DNA from: a virus
Lineage: Duplodnaviria > Heunggongvirae > Uroviricota > Caudoviricetes
Length of the DNA stretch: 52,177 nt
Strand: one strand, 5' to 3'
Virus record (IMG/VR): IMGVR_UViG_2563366958_000018
Shown here: positions 9,011 through 17,113 of the stretch, one piece after another
Position numbering within the stretch: the stretch's first letter is position 1
Layout of the letters: the number at the start of each line of letters is the position of its first letter
Made by a program: the position numbers and the translations under genes
Notes under the pieces: generated by a model
The model's input: only the letters and a program-made list of their open reading frames with translations
The model's database searches: none
Told to the model about the DNA's origin: nothing

Positions 9011-9130
9011 AAAATCTATAAATATATAATTATAGATTTATATAAAAAGTGCTTTACAGGTGGGAAAAAATTTCCTATGGTTATACCCGAAACCGAGCGA
9101 TACCCGCCCTGGTTAAACCGGAGAAATCTG
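9011..9130 (+). promoter_or_regulatory. Conserved promoter/operator/leader cassette, copy 1
   Basis: AT-rich palindrome + TTTACA-N17-TATGGT + 50-nt leader ending GGAG-N8-ATG; near-identical copies at 15968-16081 and 48828-48941. Confidence 0.5.
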
Positions 9131-10198
9131 ATGAATAAACAAGTAATTATTTCTGACTGGATCAACAACCCTAACAGCCTGTTAAGCACTGATACTGGCT
9201 ACCTATTACGCCATGTTAATGGTCGTATGGTCAAAAGCGATGAGCACGAAACCTTTTTCTTTGTTGAAGACGATGGGCGTATCTATGAGGATGGTTACTC
9301 TTATGAAGCCCAAACTGGTTGTATCCCTGCGGAGCTGGTGGATGTAACAGAAGATCTGCGCAAAGCATGGCTTGAACAGCAGCAGCGCGGAGATGATTAC
9401 GTAAACACCTATCAGGAACGCCAGAACGCGCGTCTTGCCCGATATATTGCTCGTGCAGAAAAAGCCAGAAAAGAAGGTGCGGTAGCGCATAAGCGAGCGC
9501 ATGACCTGTTGGATGTGATCCCGTTAGGCCAGCCGATTTTAGTTGACCATTATAGCGCGAAAGGCCATCGCCGCCGTTTGTCTAAAGCTGATGCGTTATT
9601 CAGAAAAGCGTTTGTTGAATGCGAAAGTAAAGCATCACACTACGAGAGCAAAGCCGCAGGTGTTGGTCGTAATGGAATTTCGTCTGATGATCCTGATGCG
9701 CTATTTAAGTTGCTTCGTAAGCTGCAAGGCTGCATGAAGTCACACGTCAAAATGAAGGCCGCAAATAAGGCCATTCGCAAATACAAAAAAGACCAAATAC
9801 AGCAGCTTTCTGCATTAATCGATCTCAGGTTTACAGAAAGCGAAGCCAAAGAGTTACTGGCCGGAGATTTCTGTGGGCGCATCGGATTCCCTTCATACGC
9901 ACTGAGCAACAATAACGCCGAAATCAAACGACTACAGAGCCGTATTAAGGAGCTTGAATCGGTCAAGTCTGTAACAGGAGCACAGCGCGAAGAATACGAC
10001 GGCTTTTCTATGGAGATAGATCCAGAGGATAACCGCATCCTGTTTTATTTCCCTGGCAAACCAGAGGCAAACATTCGTTCGCTGCTTAAATCACGCGCCT
10101 TTAAGTGGAGTCCAACCCGTAATGCATGGGTTCGCAAGATTACTCCAAACGCCCTGGCTGATGCCCGATATCTGAAAGAATCGCTATTGAAAGCCTGA
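9131..10198 (+). CDS. DUF3560-like protein (355 aa)
   Basis: GQPILVDHYSAKGHRRR and C-terminal FKWSP...NAWVR segments resemble DUF3560; start taken at the ATG after the conserved leader rather than the in-frame ATG at 9077. Confidence 0.55.
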   Translation: MNKQVIISDWINNPNSLLSTDTGYLLRHVNGRMVKSDEHETFFFVEDDGRIYEDGYSYEAQTGCIPAELVDVTEDLRKAWLEQQQRGDDYVNTYQERQNARLARYIARAEKARKEGAVAHKRAHDLLDVIPLGQPILVDHYSAKGHRRRLSKADALFRKAFVECESKASHYESKAAGVGRNGISSDDPDALFKLLRKLQGCMKSHVKMKAANKAIRKYKKDQIQQLSALIDLRFTESEAKELLAGDFCGRIGFPSYALSNNNAEIKRLQSRIKELESVKSVTGAQREEYDGFSMEIDPEDNRILFYFPGKPEANIRSLLKSRAFKWSPTRNAWVRKITPNALADARYLKESLLKA

Positions 10199-10275
10199 CA
10201 GTAAGCCTACGGCGGGATGTCTCCCGCCGTATATAGAATTATATATTTATATAAATGTATAAGGACGCCTCGACA

Positions 10276-10557
10276 ATGAAACGCAAAATTATTAACCCCC
10301 AAGATGTGATTAATTTCCTGACCGATCACCCATGTTCAAAAGTGGACGTAATCGCGGAGCACATTGGTGTGTCGCAGAACTCTATGCGTTGCAGACTGAG
10401 AAGCATGGTTGCCGAAGGACAGATAACAACCAGGAAAATAAATGGTTGCCTGTACTACTCCGCTAAACCGGAATTGCCATTTGGCATGAATCCTAACTCC
10501 ATGTTGTTTAACACCTTATTAGCCAAAGTTAAGCCGTTGAGAGGGGCTGTGGCATGA
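10276..10557 (+). CDS. Winged-helix DNA-binding protein (93 aa)
   Basis: HTH-like segment VDVIAEHIGVSQNSMRCRLRSMVAEGQI; RBS AAGGA upstream. Confidence 0.45.
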   Translation: MKRKIINPQDVINFLTDHPCSKVDVIAEHIGVSQNSMRCRLRSMVAEGQITTRKINGCLYYSAKPELPFGMNPNSMLFNTLLAKVKPLRGAVA

Positions 10558-10919
10558 GCATCAAAACACATACCGGAATAATCATTACCAATGATGGTGA
10601 GAAAAAAGTGAAGTTGCGCGAGACGCCGACAACCTGGTGTGTTGGTCCGAAAGAAACATATCGCAAGGAAGATGGCCGTCGTTGTGGGGCACCACTTTCC
10701 CGCCGTCGCCTCCTTTTGAGCACGATAAAACCTATCGGGCAGGTTGAGCAACCAACGACTCCGGTAACGAAGATTTCAGACAAGAGTCTGGCAAACCTGA
10801 TCGCCGATGCGGACAAGGTGCTGGAGCGGAACACCCCCGTTGCAGATGAGGAATGGTGGCAGGATTTCCGAGCCGCAATGCTAGAGCTTCAGGAACGTCG
10901 TCGGGAGGAGTTGAAGTGA
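10554..10919 (+). CDS. Hypothetical protein (121 aa)
   Basis: ATGA overlap with upstream gene. Confidence 0.45.
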   Translation: MSIKTHTGIIITNDGEKKVKLRETPTTWCVGPKETYRKEDGRRCGAPLSRRRLLLSTIKPIGQVEQPTTPVTKISDKSLANLIADADKVLERNTPVADEEWWQDFRAAMLELQERRREELK

Positions 10920-11107
10920 GCAAGAAAAATGCCGGATGGGTCAGGCCAATGAAGGCGAATAAACATCATTATTTTAATGAAGGTGAAGTAACCAGCATTT
11001 GCGGCCGTTGGATGTATTTTGGTGATTACCGTGAGCCAGACACTTTTGAGAGTCCTGATGATTGCGTGTCTTGTCGCCGGAAATTGAACAAGGTGGCTTC
11101 TAAATGA
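10916..11107 (+). CDS. Small Cys-containing hypothetical protein (63 aa, GTG start)
   Basis: GTG with GGGAGGAG RBS; C-x2-C near C-terminus. Confidence 0.35.
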   Translation: MSKKNAGWVRPMKANKHHYFNEGEVTSICGRWMYFGDYREPDTFESPDDCVSCRRKLNKVASK

Positions 11108-11796
11108 AAGAACGTGGTGTTGTTTTTAATGACGATATGGTTAGGGCCATCCTCGAAGGAAGGAAGACGCAGACTCGCCGACCTGTAAAAAATGTCAGGG
11201 CCGATAACTGCCTGGTTATCCGTAAACCGACAAAGAAACGCAATGGTGTCTATACCCACGTTATGGATGCACCGGAACATGGTTTATGCCCGTTCGGTAA
11301 CGTTGGTGATCGCATATGGGTCCGTGAAGCGTGGGCGATATTAGGCAATGAGGATGGTTGCAGTGTGGACTGGAACGACAACCTTTGTCGTGGCGATGAG
11401 AAGAACGCAGCAAGGATTTATCGGGCCAGTTGTGAGCAAAAGTCTGGTGATTACGGTTTATGGTCGATACCCGATGATGCCGACTGGAAACCTCACACTG
11501 TGAATGAAAAGTTTGATGGCGGGTGGCGTCCATCAATTCACATGCCGCGCTGGGCTTCACGTATTTTGCTGGAAATTACCGACGTGCGTGTGGAACGGCT
11601 GCATGACATGAGCGAGGCAGATGCTAAAGCGGAAGGCGCATCTCCGGCGACGTACAAGATTACACCGCCGGAAGCTGTTTATCGCGTTGGCTTTGGTGAT
11701 ATCTGGCGCGGTATTTACGGGCAAGAGAACTGGCTATCTAACCCGTGGGTATGGGTAATTGAGTTTAAACGTATTCAGGGGGCAACCAGTGAGTAA
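11104..11796 (+). CDS. ASCH/PUA-like domain protein (230 aa)
   Basis: N-terminal AILEGRKTQTRRP matches the GxKxxExR-type ASCH signature. Confidence 0.45.
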   Translation: MKERGVVFNDDMVRAILEGRKTQTRRPVKNVRADNCLVIRKPTKKRNGVYTHVMDAPEHGLCPFGNVGDRIWVREAWAILGNEDGCSVDWNDNLCRGDEKNAARIYRASCEQKSGDYGLWSIPDDADWKPHTVNEKFDGGWRPSIHMPRWASRILLEITDVRVERLHDMSEADAKAEGASPATYKITPPEAVYRVGFGDIWRGIYGQENWLSNPWVWVIEFKRIQGATSE

Positions 11797-12046
11797 TTCC
11801 GCACGGCTACAGCTTGGTTTTTCACCGCTATCAAAAACCATCGTGTTGGCCAAAATGCGCGATTTAGGTGACGGAACAAAACGCCGTGTAGGCAATGATC
11901 GCGGTCGTGATGTAACCAACGAGGCCGCACAACTCGTTTGGCATCTTGTCATGGCAGAAGGCGGTGAAATCAATTGGGAGCTGGATGATGGTTCTCGCAT
12001 GGTGTTAAGGGCAGAAAAGCAGGGGGCAAACGATGAAAAACCGTAA
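11789..12046 (+). CDS. Hypothetical protein (GTG start; alternative TTG at 11759)
   Basis: ORF in operon context; start uncertain. Confidence 0.3.
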   Translation: MSNSARLQLGFSPLSKTIVLAKMRDLGDGTKRRVGNDRGRDVTNEAAQLVWHLVMAEGGEINWELDDGSRMVLRAEKQGANDEKP

Positions 12047-12225
12047 AGCAAAGATGCTTATTTCCCGTGTATACAGACTTTGCTACCCCAGCCAGTGGTT
12101 GAGAGTTAGCAATCGCCGTGTGGTGTTGTTTTCATTTTCTGGAATTGCCAGAGAGGGAGTCAAAGATAAGCGCAGCGCGGCGCAAAACCGCTGGAAAAAC
12201 CACTTGCGTACTAAAGGAGAGTGAT

Positions 12226-12435
12226 ATGGCTGTTGCCGCAAGTTACACCATGCATCTCTATTGTGACTGCCGCCAGTGTACGGAAGGTGTATATCCAGTA
12301 CCAGACTTCGGTGAATATATCGGTACGTCATGGGCTGGCTGTGCAAAAGAGGCACGTAAAGATGGGTGGCGAATAAGCGCCGACAAAACGCGTGCTTTTG
12401 CGCCCGGGCATAAAGTTTTGAGGATTAACAAATGA
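12226..12435 (+). CDS. Small Cys-rich hypothetical protein (69 aa, CDCRQC motif)
   Basis: ATG with AAGGAGA RBS 5 nt upstream. Confidence 0.35.
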   Translation: MAVAASYTMHLYCDCRQCTEGVYPVPDFGEYIGTSWAGCAKEARKDGWRISADKTRAFAPGHKVLRINK

Positions 12436-12839
12436 CCACTTTAACCGACAAAGAACTGATTAAAGAAATCAAAGAGCGCATAGGCAGCCTGGACGTCCGA
12501 GACAATATTGAGCGCCGTGCTTATGAAATTGCTCTGGCATCACTGGAAGCAGAGCCGGTAGCGTGGGAATGCGGTGAAAACATAATCCTGTTTAACCCTG
12601 ACACAGTTGAAGCATACGCAAAACGTGCGGAAATATCACCTAAACCTCTATTCTCCGCGCCGCCAACGGTGGTAGTGCCGGATGATGGGCGCGAAAAGTT
12701 CGAAGCACTTGTCAGGTTTCATGCGGGTGATAAAAACCATGAAACATTATTGATTCGTGCCAACGAAGGGATGAATTACCAGGACCCGAATGTTGATCTG
12801 GCGTGGATATTCTGGAAGTCCAGTCGTGAACATATATAA
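12432..12839 (+). CDS. Hypothetical protein (135 aa)
   Basis: ATGA overlap with upstream ORF. Confidence 0.45.
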   Translation: MTTLTDKELIKEIKERIGSLDVRDNIERRAYEIALASLEAEPVAWECGENIILFNPDTVEAYAKRAEISPKPLFSAPPTVVVPDDGREKFEALVRFHAGDKNHETLLIRANEGMNYQDPNVDLAWIFWKSSREHI

Positions 12840-13180
12840 GCTGTAGTGAGAATCCATGCGATTACGAGCAGTATTCAGATATTCAGAGCGGGTAATGAAG
12901 CACATACAACCGAAAACATGGCAGAAACTGGACTCTATGGGAGCTAAGTTGGAGAAGATTACTCAACTTAAGCAGTGGCATATCGGCGAATATTATGGAA
13001 GTCCTGGTCGGGATGTTCGGTTGGTAAAAAGTTGAACATTGTTTTTTTATTGATCGATTAACCACGATATGAAGGTTTTTTTATGGAAAAACCTTGTTTT
13101 AGATGGTAACTGGGTGTAGTGTTTCATTTAACGTAGTAAAACTGCGTTAAGCGATTACCGCGTAATTTGTTGCTTTATGA

Positions 13181-13211
13181 AGCCCTGCCTTTTTCGGCGG
13201 GGCTTTTTTTT
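13181..13211 (+). terminator. Rho-independent terminator immediately upstream of the lysis cassette
   Basis: AGCCCTGCC-TTTTTC-GGCGGGGCT stem then a run of eight T. Confidence 0.5.
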
Positions 13212-13224
13212 AACGAGGATTTCA

Positions 13225-13620
13225 ATGTCAGCAGAACCAATTTCCGGTACGGCCGTTGCTGCTGGTGGCCTGATGGGTGCCAGCGTTTTTGGTATTGCAA
13301 CTGGTATTGATTACGGCGTTGTATTCGGGGCATTTGCTGGCGCTGTTTTCTATGTTGCTACAGCGGTGAATATTAGCCGTCTCAAGCTGATTGGCTATTT
13401 CTTTACATCGTTCATTGTTGGAGTGATTGGAGCGCCGTTAGTTGGCTCATTTCTTGCCAAATGGACCAGCTACAACGATCGACCTCTTGATGCGCTTGGT
13501 GCGGTTATTGTGGCTGCATTGACAATTAAAATCCTCACGTTCGTAAACAGCCAGGATCTCGGTAGCATCTTTGGAATGCTTTCCCGCTTACGTGGAGGGG
13601 GTTCAAATGGTAAGCAGTGA
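13225..13620 (+). CDS. Putative holin (multi-pass membrane protein)
   Basis: Gly/Ala-rich hydrophobic helices; first gene of the lysis cassette; RBS GAGGA. Confidence 0.5.
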   Translation: MSAEPISGTAVAAGGLMGASVFGIATGIDYGVVFGAFAGAVFYVATAVNISRLKLIGYFFTSFIVGVIGAPLVGSFLAKWTSYNDRPLDALGAVIVAALTIKILTFVNSQDLGSIFGMLSRLRGGGSNGKQ

Positions 13621-13903
13621 CCCGTCAGCACTGATTAATGCGGTGCTTTGCACAGTAATAGTAATGGCGCTGATGCTTTATCAACGGAAAGACTCCAGGC
13701 ATCGTCCATTTGTTTCCTTTCTGGCTTATATCTACGTCATTGTATACGCCAATGTTCCCTTCCGTTATGTGTTCGGTCTTTATCAAGAATCCCACTGGCT
13801 GGTGGTTATTGGAAATCTGATTATCTGCATCGTTGTTCTGTATTTCAGGGGCAATCTGGCGCGGATAGTTGACGCATTAGGATTTAATCATGACCAAAGA
13901 TGA
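13607..13903 (+). CDS. Small membrane protein (holin/antiholin partner candidate)
   Basis: Two to three hydrophobic helices, between holin and endolysin. Confidence 0.4.
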   Translation: MVSSDPSALINAVLCTVIVMALMLYQRKDSRHRPFVSFLAYIYVIVYANVPFRYVFGLYQESHWLVVIGNLIICIVVLYFRGNLARIVDALGFNHDQR

Positions 13904-14432
13904 GATTTTTAACAGCATTCTTGGAAAAGAGGGCGGCTATGTGGATCACCCTGACGACAAGGGAGGCCCAACAAAGTGGGGCATTACTCAGAACACTGCC
14001 CGTGCTCATGGATACCGTGGCGATATGCGCGATTTAACCCGCGAACAGGCACTAGAAATCCTTGAGGCTGATTACTGGTACGGACCACGCTTTGATCAGG
14101 TGGCCGCATTATCCTCTGATATTGCCGCAGAGCTGTGTGATACCGGTGTGAATATGGGGCCAACAGTGGCGTCCAAAATGCTTCAACGCTGGCTGAATGT
14201 GTTCAATCTGCGTGGGAAGCTGTATCCCGATTTGGATGCAGATGGACGAATCGGTCCACGTACCATTAATGCGCTGCGTGCTTATCTTGGGAATCGGGGA
14301 AAAGACGGCGAACGGGTGATGCTGACGTCGCTGAACTGTACGCAGGGCGAACGCTATCTGGAGCTGGCGGAGAAGCGCGAGGCGAATGAGTCGTTTGTCT
14401 ACGGCTGGATGAAAGAGCGAGTGGTGGTATGA
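13890..14432 (+). CDS. Endolysin, GH108-type N-acetylmuramidase with peptidoglycan-binding domain
   Basis: N-terminal ILGKEGGYVDHPDDKGGPTKWGIT signature of GH108 lysozymes. Confidence 0.8.
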   Translation: MTKDEIFNSILGKEGGYVDHPDDKGGPTKWGITQNTARAHGYRGDMRDLTREQALEILEADYWYGPRFDQVAALSSDIAAELCDTGVNMGPTVASKMLQRWLNVFNLRGKLYPDLDADGRIGPRTINALRAYLGNRGKDGERVMLTSLNCTQGERYLELAEKREANESFVYGWMKERVVV

Positions 14433-14707
14433 CTGGTTTGAAGGCCGTTTTGTCATTTATTGGCACAATTATATTGGTTGCATTCGGCGCGTTTGGTTTT
14501 GGTCGTATGAAGGGGCGAGAAAAGGCCGAAGATGAAGCTGAAAAGCAGCGCATTAATGAGAATGCAGCCGCCGTAAAAGCCACTGCGGAGCGGCGTATAG
14601 AAGTGACAAAAGAGGCGGGGAATGTACAGCAGAGTGTTAACCATATGGCTGATGACGATGTTGATCGCGAGCTGCGGGAGTCGTGGAAGCGTCCCGGTGG
14701 TGGTTGA
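14429..14707 (+). CDS. i-spanin (Rz-like)
   Basis: N-terminal TM helix, charged coiled-coil region, directly after endolysin. Confidence 0.6.
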   Translation: MTGLKAVLSFIGTIILVAFGAFGFGRMKGREKAEDEAEKQRINENAAAVKATAERRIEVTKEAGNVQQSVNHMADDDVDRELRESWKRPGGG

Positions 14708-14831
14708 TACCGCCTGTGATTGGGTAAAGCCCATCTACCTGACTGATCACGACATCGATGTTATGGACCGCCAGACAAAGAAAGATATTCTGGCTCATAA
14801 CAGGGCATGGGAAATCAACTGCCGAAAGTAA
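14622..14831 (+). CDS. o-spanin (Rz1-like lipoprotein), overlapping the i-spanin 3' end in another frame
   Basis: Signal peptide with lipobox LIAS-C, Pro-rich mature part. Confidence 0.6.
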   Translation: MYSRVLTIWLMTMLIASCGSRGSVPVVVDTACDWVKPIYLTDHDIDVMDRQTKKDILAHNRAWEINCRK

Positions 14832-15000
14832 TATATATTTCTATAATTATATAAATATATAGTTACAACATTCTATGCGCTTTTCTCATGGGCGCACGCA
14901 TCAACCATGTTTGTCTGATATGCCGCCGCGCCCAAAAATCCTGAATTTATTGGCTGGGATTTTCGTGCGCGGCGCCACACCAGACAAACAAATCAAATAT

Positions 15001-15076
15001 GGCCCCTTAGCTTAGTGGTTAGAGCAGGCGACTCATAATCGCACGGTCATCGGTTCAAATCCGGTAGGGGCCACCA
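15001..15076 (+). tRNA. tRNA with CAU anticodon, most similar to tRNA-Ile2 (ileX-type, lysidine-dependent AUA decoder); could also be a Met tRNA
   Basis: Cloverleaf folds: acceptor GGCCCCT/AGGGGCC, anticodon loop CUCAUAA, T-loop TTCAAAT, 3' CCA encoded. Confidence 0.85.
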
Positions 15077-15383
15077 ATTCACCCTCACACATAAAGATAA
15101 GCGCGGTGGAGTTACTTCTTCGTGCTCATCTTTATGCGTGCCTGGTGCGCATTTCGGGCGAACGTGGGGCTAAGTTACAGGCAGGGCCTGTTATCCGCAA
15201 AGGGGTAAAAGCTGGAGCGGCACGGAACTGTAGCCGTGTTACCAAAACAGCGTTGTCGGGCGATATCCGGCACACAACAGGCAAGGGCATTAATCAGTCT
15301 GGTTAGTGCCCTTTTCGTTGTGTCTGCTGTAGAGCTGGTCAGCGTTATGACTGCCGGAGATAAGCGCCGGAGGCACAACTAAC

Positions 15384-15971
15384 ATGGAGGCAATTGCATT
15401 GTTTAATCTGATTTATGCAGATCCCCCCTGGGAATACAAAGATAAGTGTAAGGATGGGAATCGTGGAGCTGGTTTTAAGTATCCAACGATGAAAGCTGAG
15501 GATATTGCTCGTATTCCTGTCTGGCAGCTTGCTAATCCTGAATCGTGTTTGTTGGCCATGTGGTGGGTTCCGACTCAGCCAGAAGAAGCGTTGCTGGTGG
15601 TGAAAGCATGGGGATTCAGGCTTATGACCATGAAGGGCTTCACATGGAACAAATGTGGTAGCCGACAACCAGATAAGCTGGTGATGGGGATGGGGCATAT
15701 GACTCGTGCAAACAGTGAAGATTGCTTGTTTGCGGTAAAAGGCAAATTGCCGACCCGCCTTGATGCGGGGATCATTCAGTCGTTTACATCGCCTCGTCTG
15801 GAGCATTCTCGGAAGCCTGATGTGGTTCGTGACAAGCTGGTAAGGCTGTTAGGTGATGTTCCTCGTATTGAGCTGTTTGCTCGCGGTGATTTACCTGATG
15901 GTTGGCATGGCTGGGGCAACCAGTGCAATGGAGGTATCCAGTTGCATGATGCTCTCTGGCAAGTGGCATAG
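15384..15971 (+). CDS. MT-A70-family N6-adenine DNA methyltransferase (orphan)
   Basis: Catalytic DPPW motif (IYADPPWEY), 195 aa; no adjacent restriction endonuclease. Confidence 0.8.
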   Translation: MEAIALFNLIYADPPWEYKDKCKDGNRGAGFKYPTMKAEDIARIPVWQLANPESCLLAMWWVPTQPEEALLVVKAWGFRLMTMKGFTWNKCGSRQPDKLVMGMGHMTRANSEDCLFAVKGKLPTRLDAGIIQSFTSPRLEHSRKPDVVRDKLVRLLGDVPRIELFARGDLPDGWHGWGNQCNGGIQLHDALWQVA

Positions 15972-16081
15972 AATTATATAATTATAGATTTATATAAAAA
16001 GTGCTTTACAGGTGGGAAAAAATTTCCTATGGTTATACCCGAAACCGAGCGATACCCGCCCTGGTTAAACCGGAGAAATCT
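15968..16081 (+). promoter_or_regulatory. Conserved promoter/operator/leader cassette, copy 2
   Basis: Identical to copy 1 over ~100 bp. Confidence 0.5.
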
Positions 16082-16352
16082 GATGAAAGTACAAGACCGT
16101 GAAGTAGTAAAAAACCTCCTGCAATACCTGACCTCAAAAAACCTGACGGGCAGCGTTGAGTTCCGTGAAGCGTTAAAACATTTCAACGTCACTACGGTTT
16201 ATCGTTGGGAAAACAAACATTCTGAAAGACCGTATGTGGTGGATGTTTTTGCGCCTGATATTGAGTGCGGTTTTGAGCGTCATTCGTTCAAGGAGAAACA
16301 TTCTGCTGATTTTTTTTGTGAGGTTGTATGTGCGGCAGGAGATGATGAGTGA
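16082..16352 (+). CDS. Hypothetical protein (90 aa)
   Basis: First ORF after cassette copy 2. Confidence 0.45.
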
Positions 16353-16549
16353 TGCGTATTTCCTTCAAACGTGCGACTGAGCAGCAACGCAAAGAGTTCC
16401 TGGCTGATGATGTAGCGACCGTTTATGACCTCATGAAAGAGGTTGTGGAATCAGGGAACTACACGGCGGCAAAGATGCTTAAACTGCAATTCTTGCTGGG
16501 CGACCTGAAATACAAATCCGAAGTTGTCGCCGGACGACGCGAGCATTAA
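16349..16549 (+). CDS. Hypothetical protein (66 aa)
   Basis: Overlapping start with upstream ORF; terminator follows. Confidence 0.4.
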   Translation: MMRISFKRATEQQRKEFLADDVATVYDLMKEVVESGNYTAAKMLKLQFLLGDLKYKSEVVAGRREH

Positions 16550-16572
16550 ACCGTAACGATAACGAACAACGA

Positions 16573-16598
16573 GCCTCGGCAATTGCCGGGGCTTTTTT
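16573..16598 (+). terminator. Rho-independent terminator
   Basis: GCCTCGGC-AATT-GCCGGGGC then TTTTTT. Confidence 0.5.
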
Positions 16599-16623
16599 AC
16601 ATCCAGACAAAGGAGAACATGGG

Positions 16624-16923
16624 ATGCCTTCGACAAGCACCAAAAAAGAAATGGCGGTTAGTGATGTGCTTTACGCGCTTTCGACTATATGTGACGGAGC
16701 AATGATGAGGATGAAAGTCCTCCGTGAAGCATACGGAAAAAGTCACGATGAGGCAGCTAAAGAATGCCTGAATGAGATTGTGGACTTCATTGATAACCAT
16801 CGTTCAGTTATATCGCGTCAACCGACAGAGTCGTCCATCACGATTAGCGCACCGGTTATCAATATATCAGTAACTGCGGCGTGTAAATCAGCAGCGGAAG
16901 ATGATCGTGCTTATGCCGAGTGA
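16624..16923 (+). CDS. Hypothetical protein (99 aa)
   Basis: AGGAGA RBS 7 nt upstream. Confidence 0.45.
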   Translation: MPSTSTKKEMAVSDVLYALSTICDGAMMRMKVLREAYGKSHDEAAKECLNEIVDFIDNHRSVISRQPTESSITISAPVINISVTAACKSAAEDDRAYAE

Positions 16924-17113
16924 TTTGTTCTGGTTTCAGCTTCCAATAAGAGATTTGTTGGTATTTCTGGCTGGCGCTTACGTCTGGAGAAAAGCGAAAG
17001 ATACCTCGTTATCTTTGAGGTTTGTCTTAGCTATATCGGTAGGAACCGCGCTGGGTACGGCGTATCTCTTGATATTACTGGAGGTATTCATTGAAAAATG
17101 GATAGTTTCATGA
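16901..17113 (+). CDS. Small membrane protein (70 aa)
   Basis: Two hydrophobic helices. Confidence 0.3.
   Translation: MIVLMPSDLFWFQLPIRDLLVFLAGAYVWRKAKDTSLSLRFVLAISVGTALGTAYLLILLEVFIEKWIVS

Noticed and set aside
9077-9130. 19-codon in-frame N-terminal extension MVIPETERYPPWLNRRNLM, making the track ORFs start at 9077 and 16029
   Set aside because: The same sequence precedes three unrelated genes and in copy 3 the ATG is mutated (TAAGG); a good RBS (GGAG-N8) precedes the downstream ATG. Interpreted as conserved 5' leader, not coding.
12896-13035. 46-codon ORF (MKHIQPKTWQ...) in the pre-lysis intergenic region
   Set aside because: No convincing RBS and the region looks regulatory; kept only as a remark in the findings.
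15077-15383. A second tRNA or tmRNA-like gene in the 300-bp gap after the tRNA
   Set aside because: No T-loop (GTTCRANYC) with matching acceptor stem could be found; only generic hairpins and a terminator-like stem at about 15283-15318.
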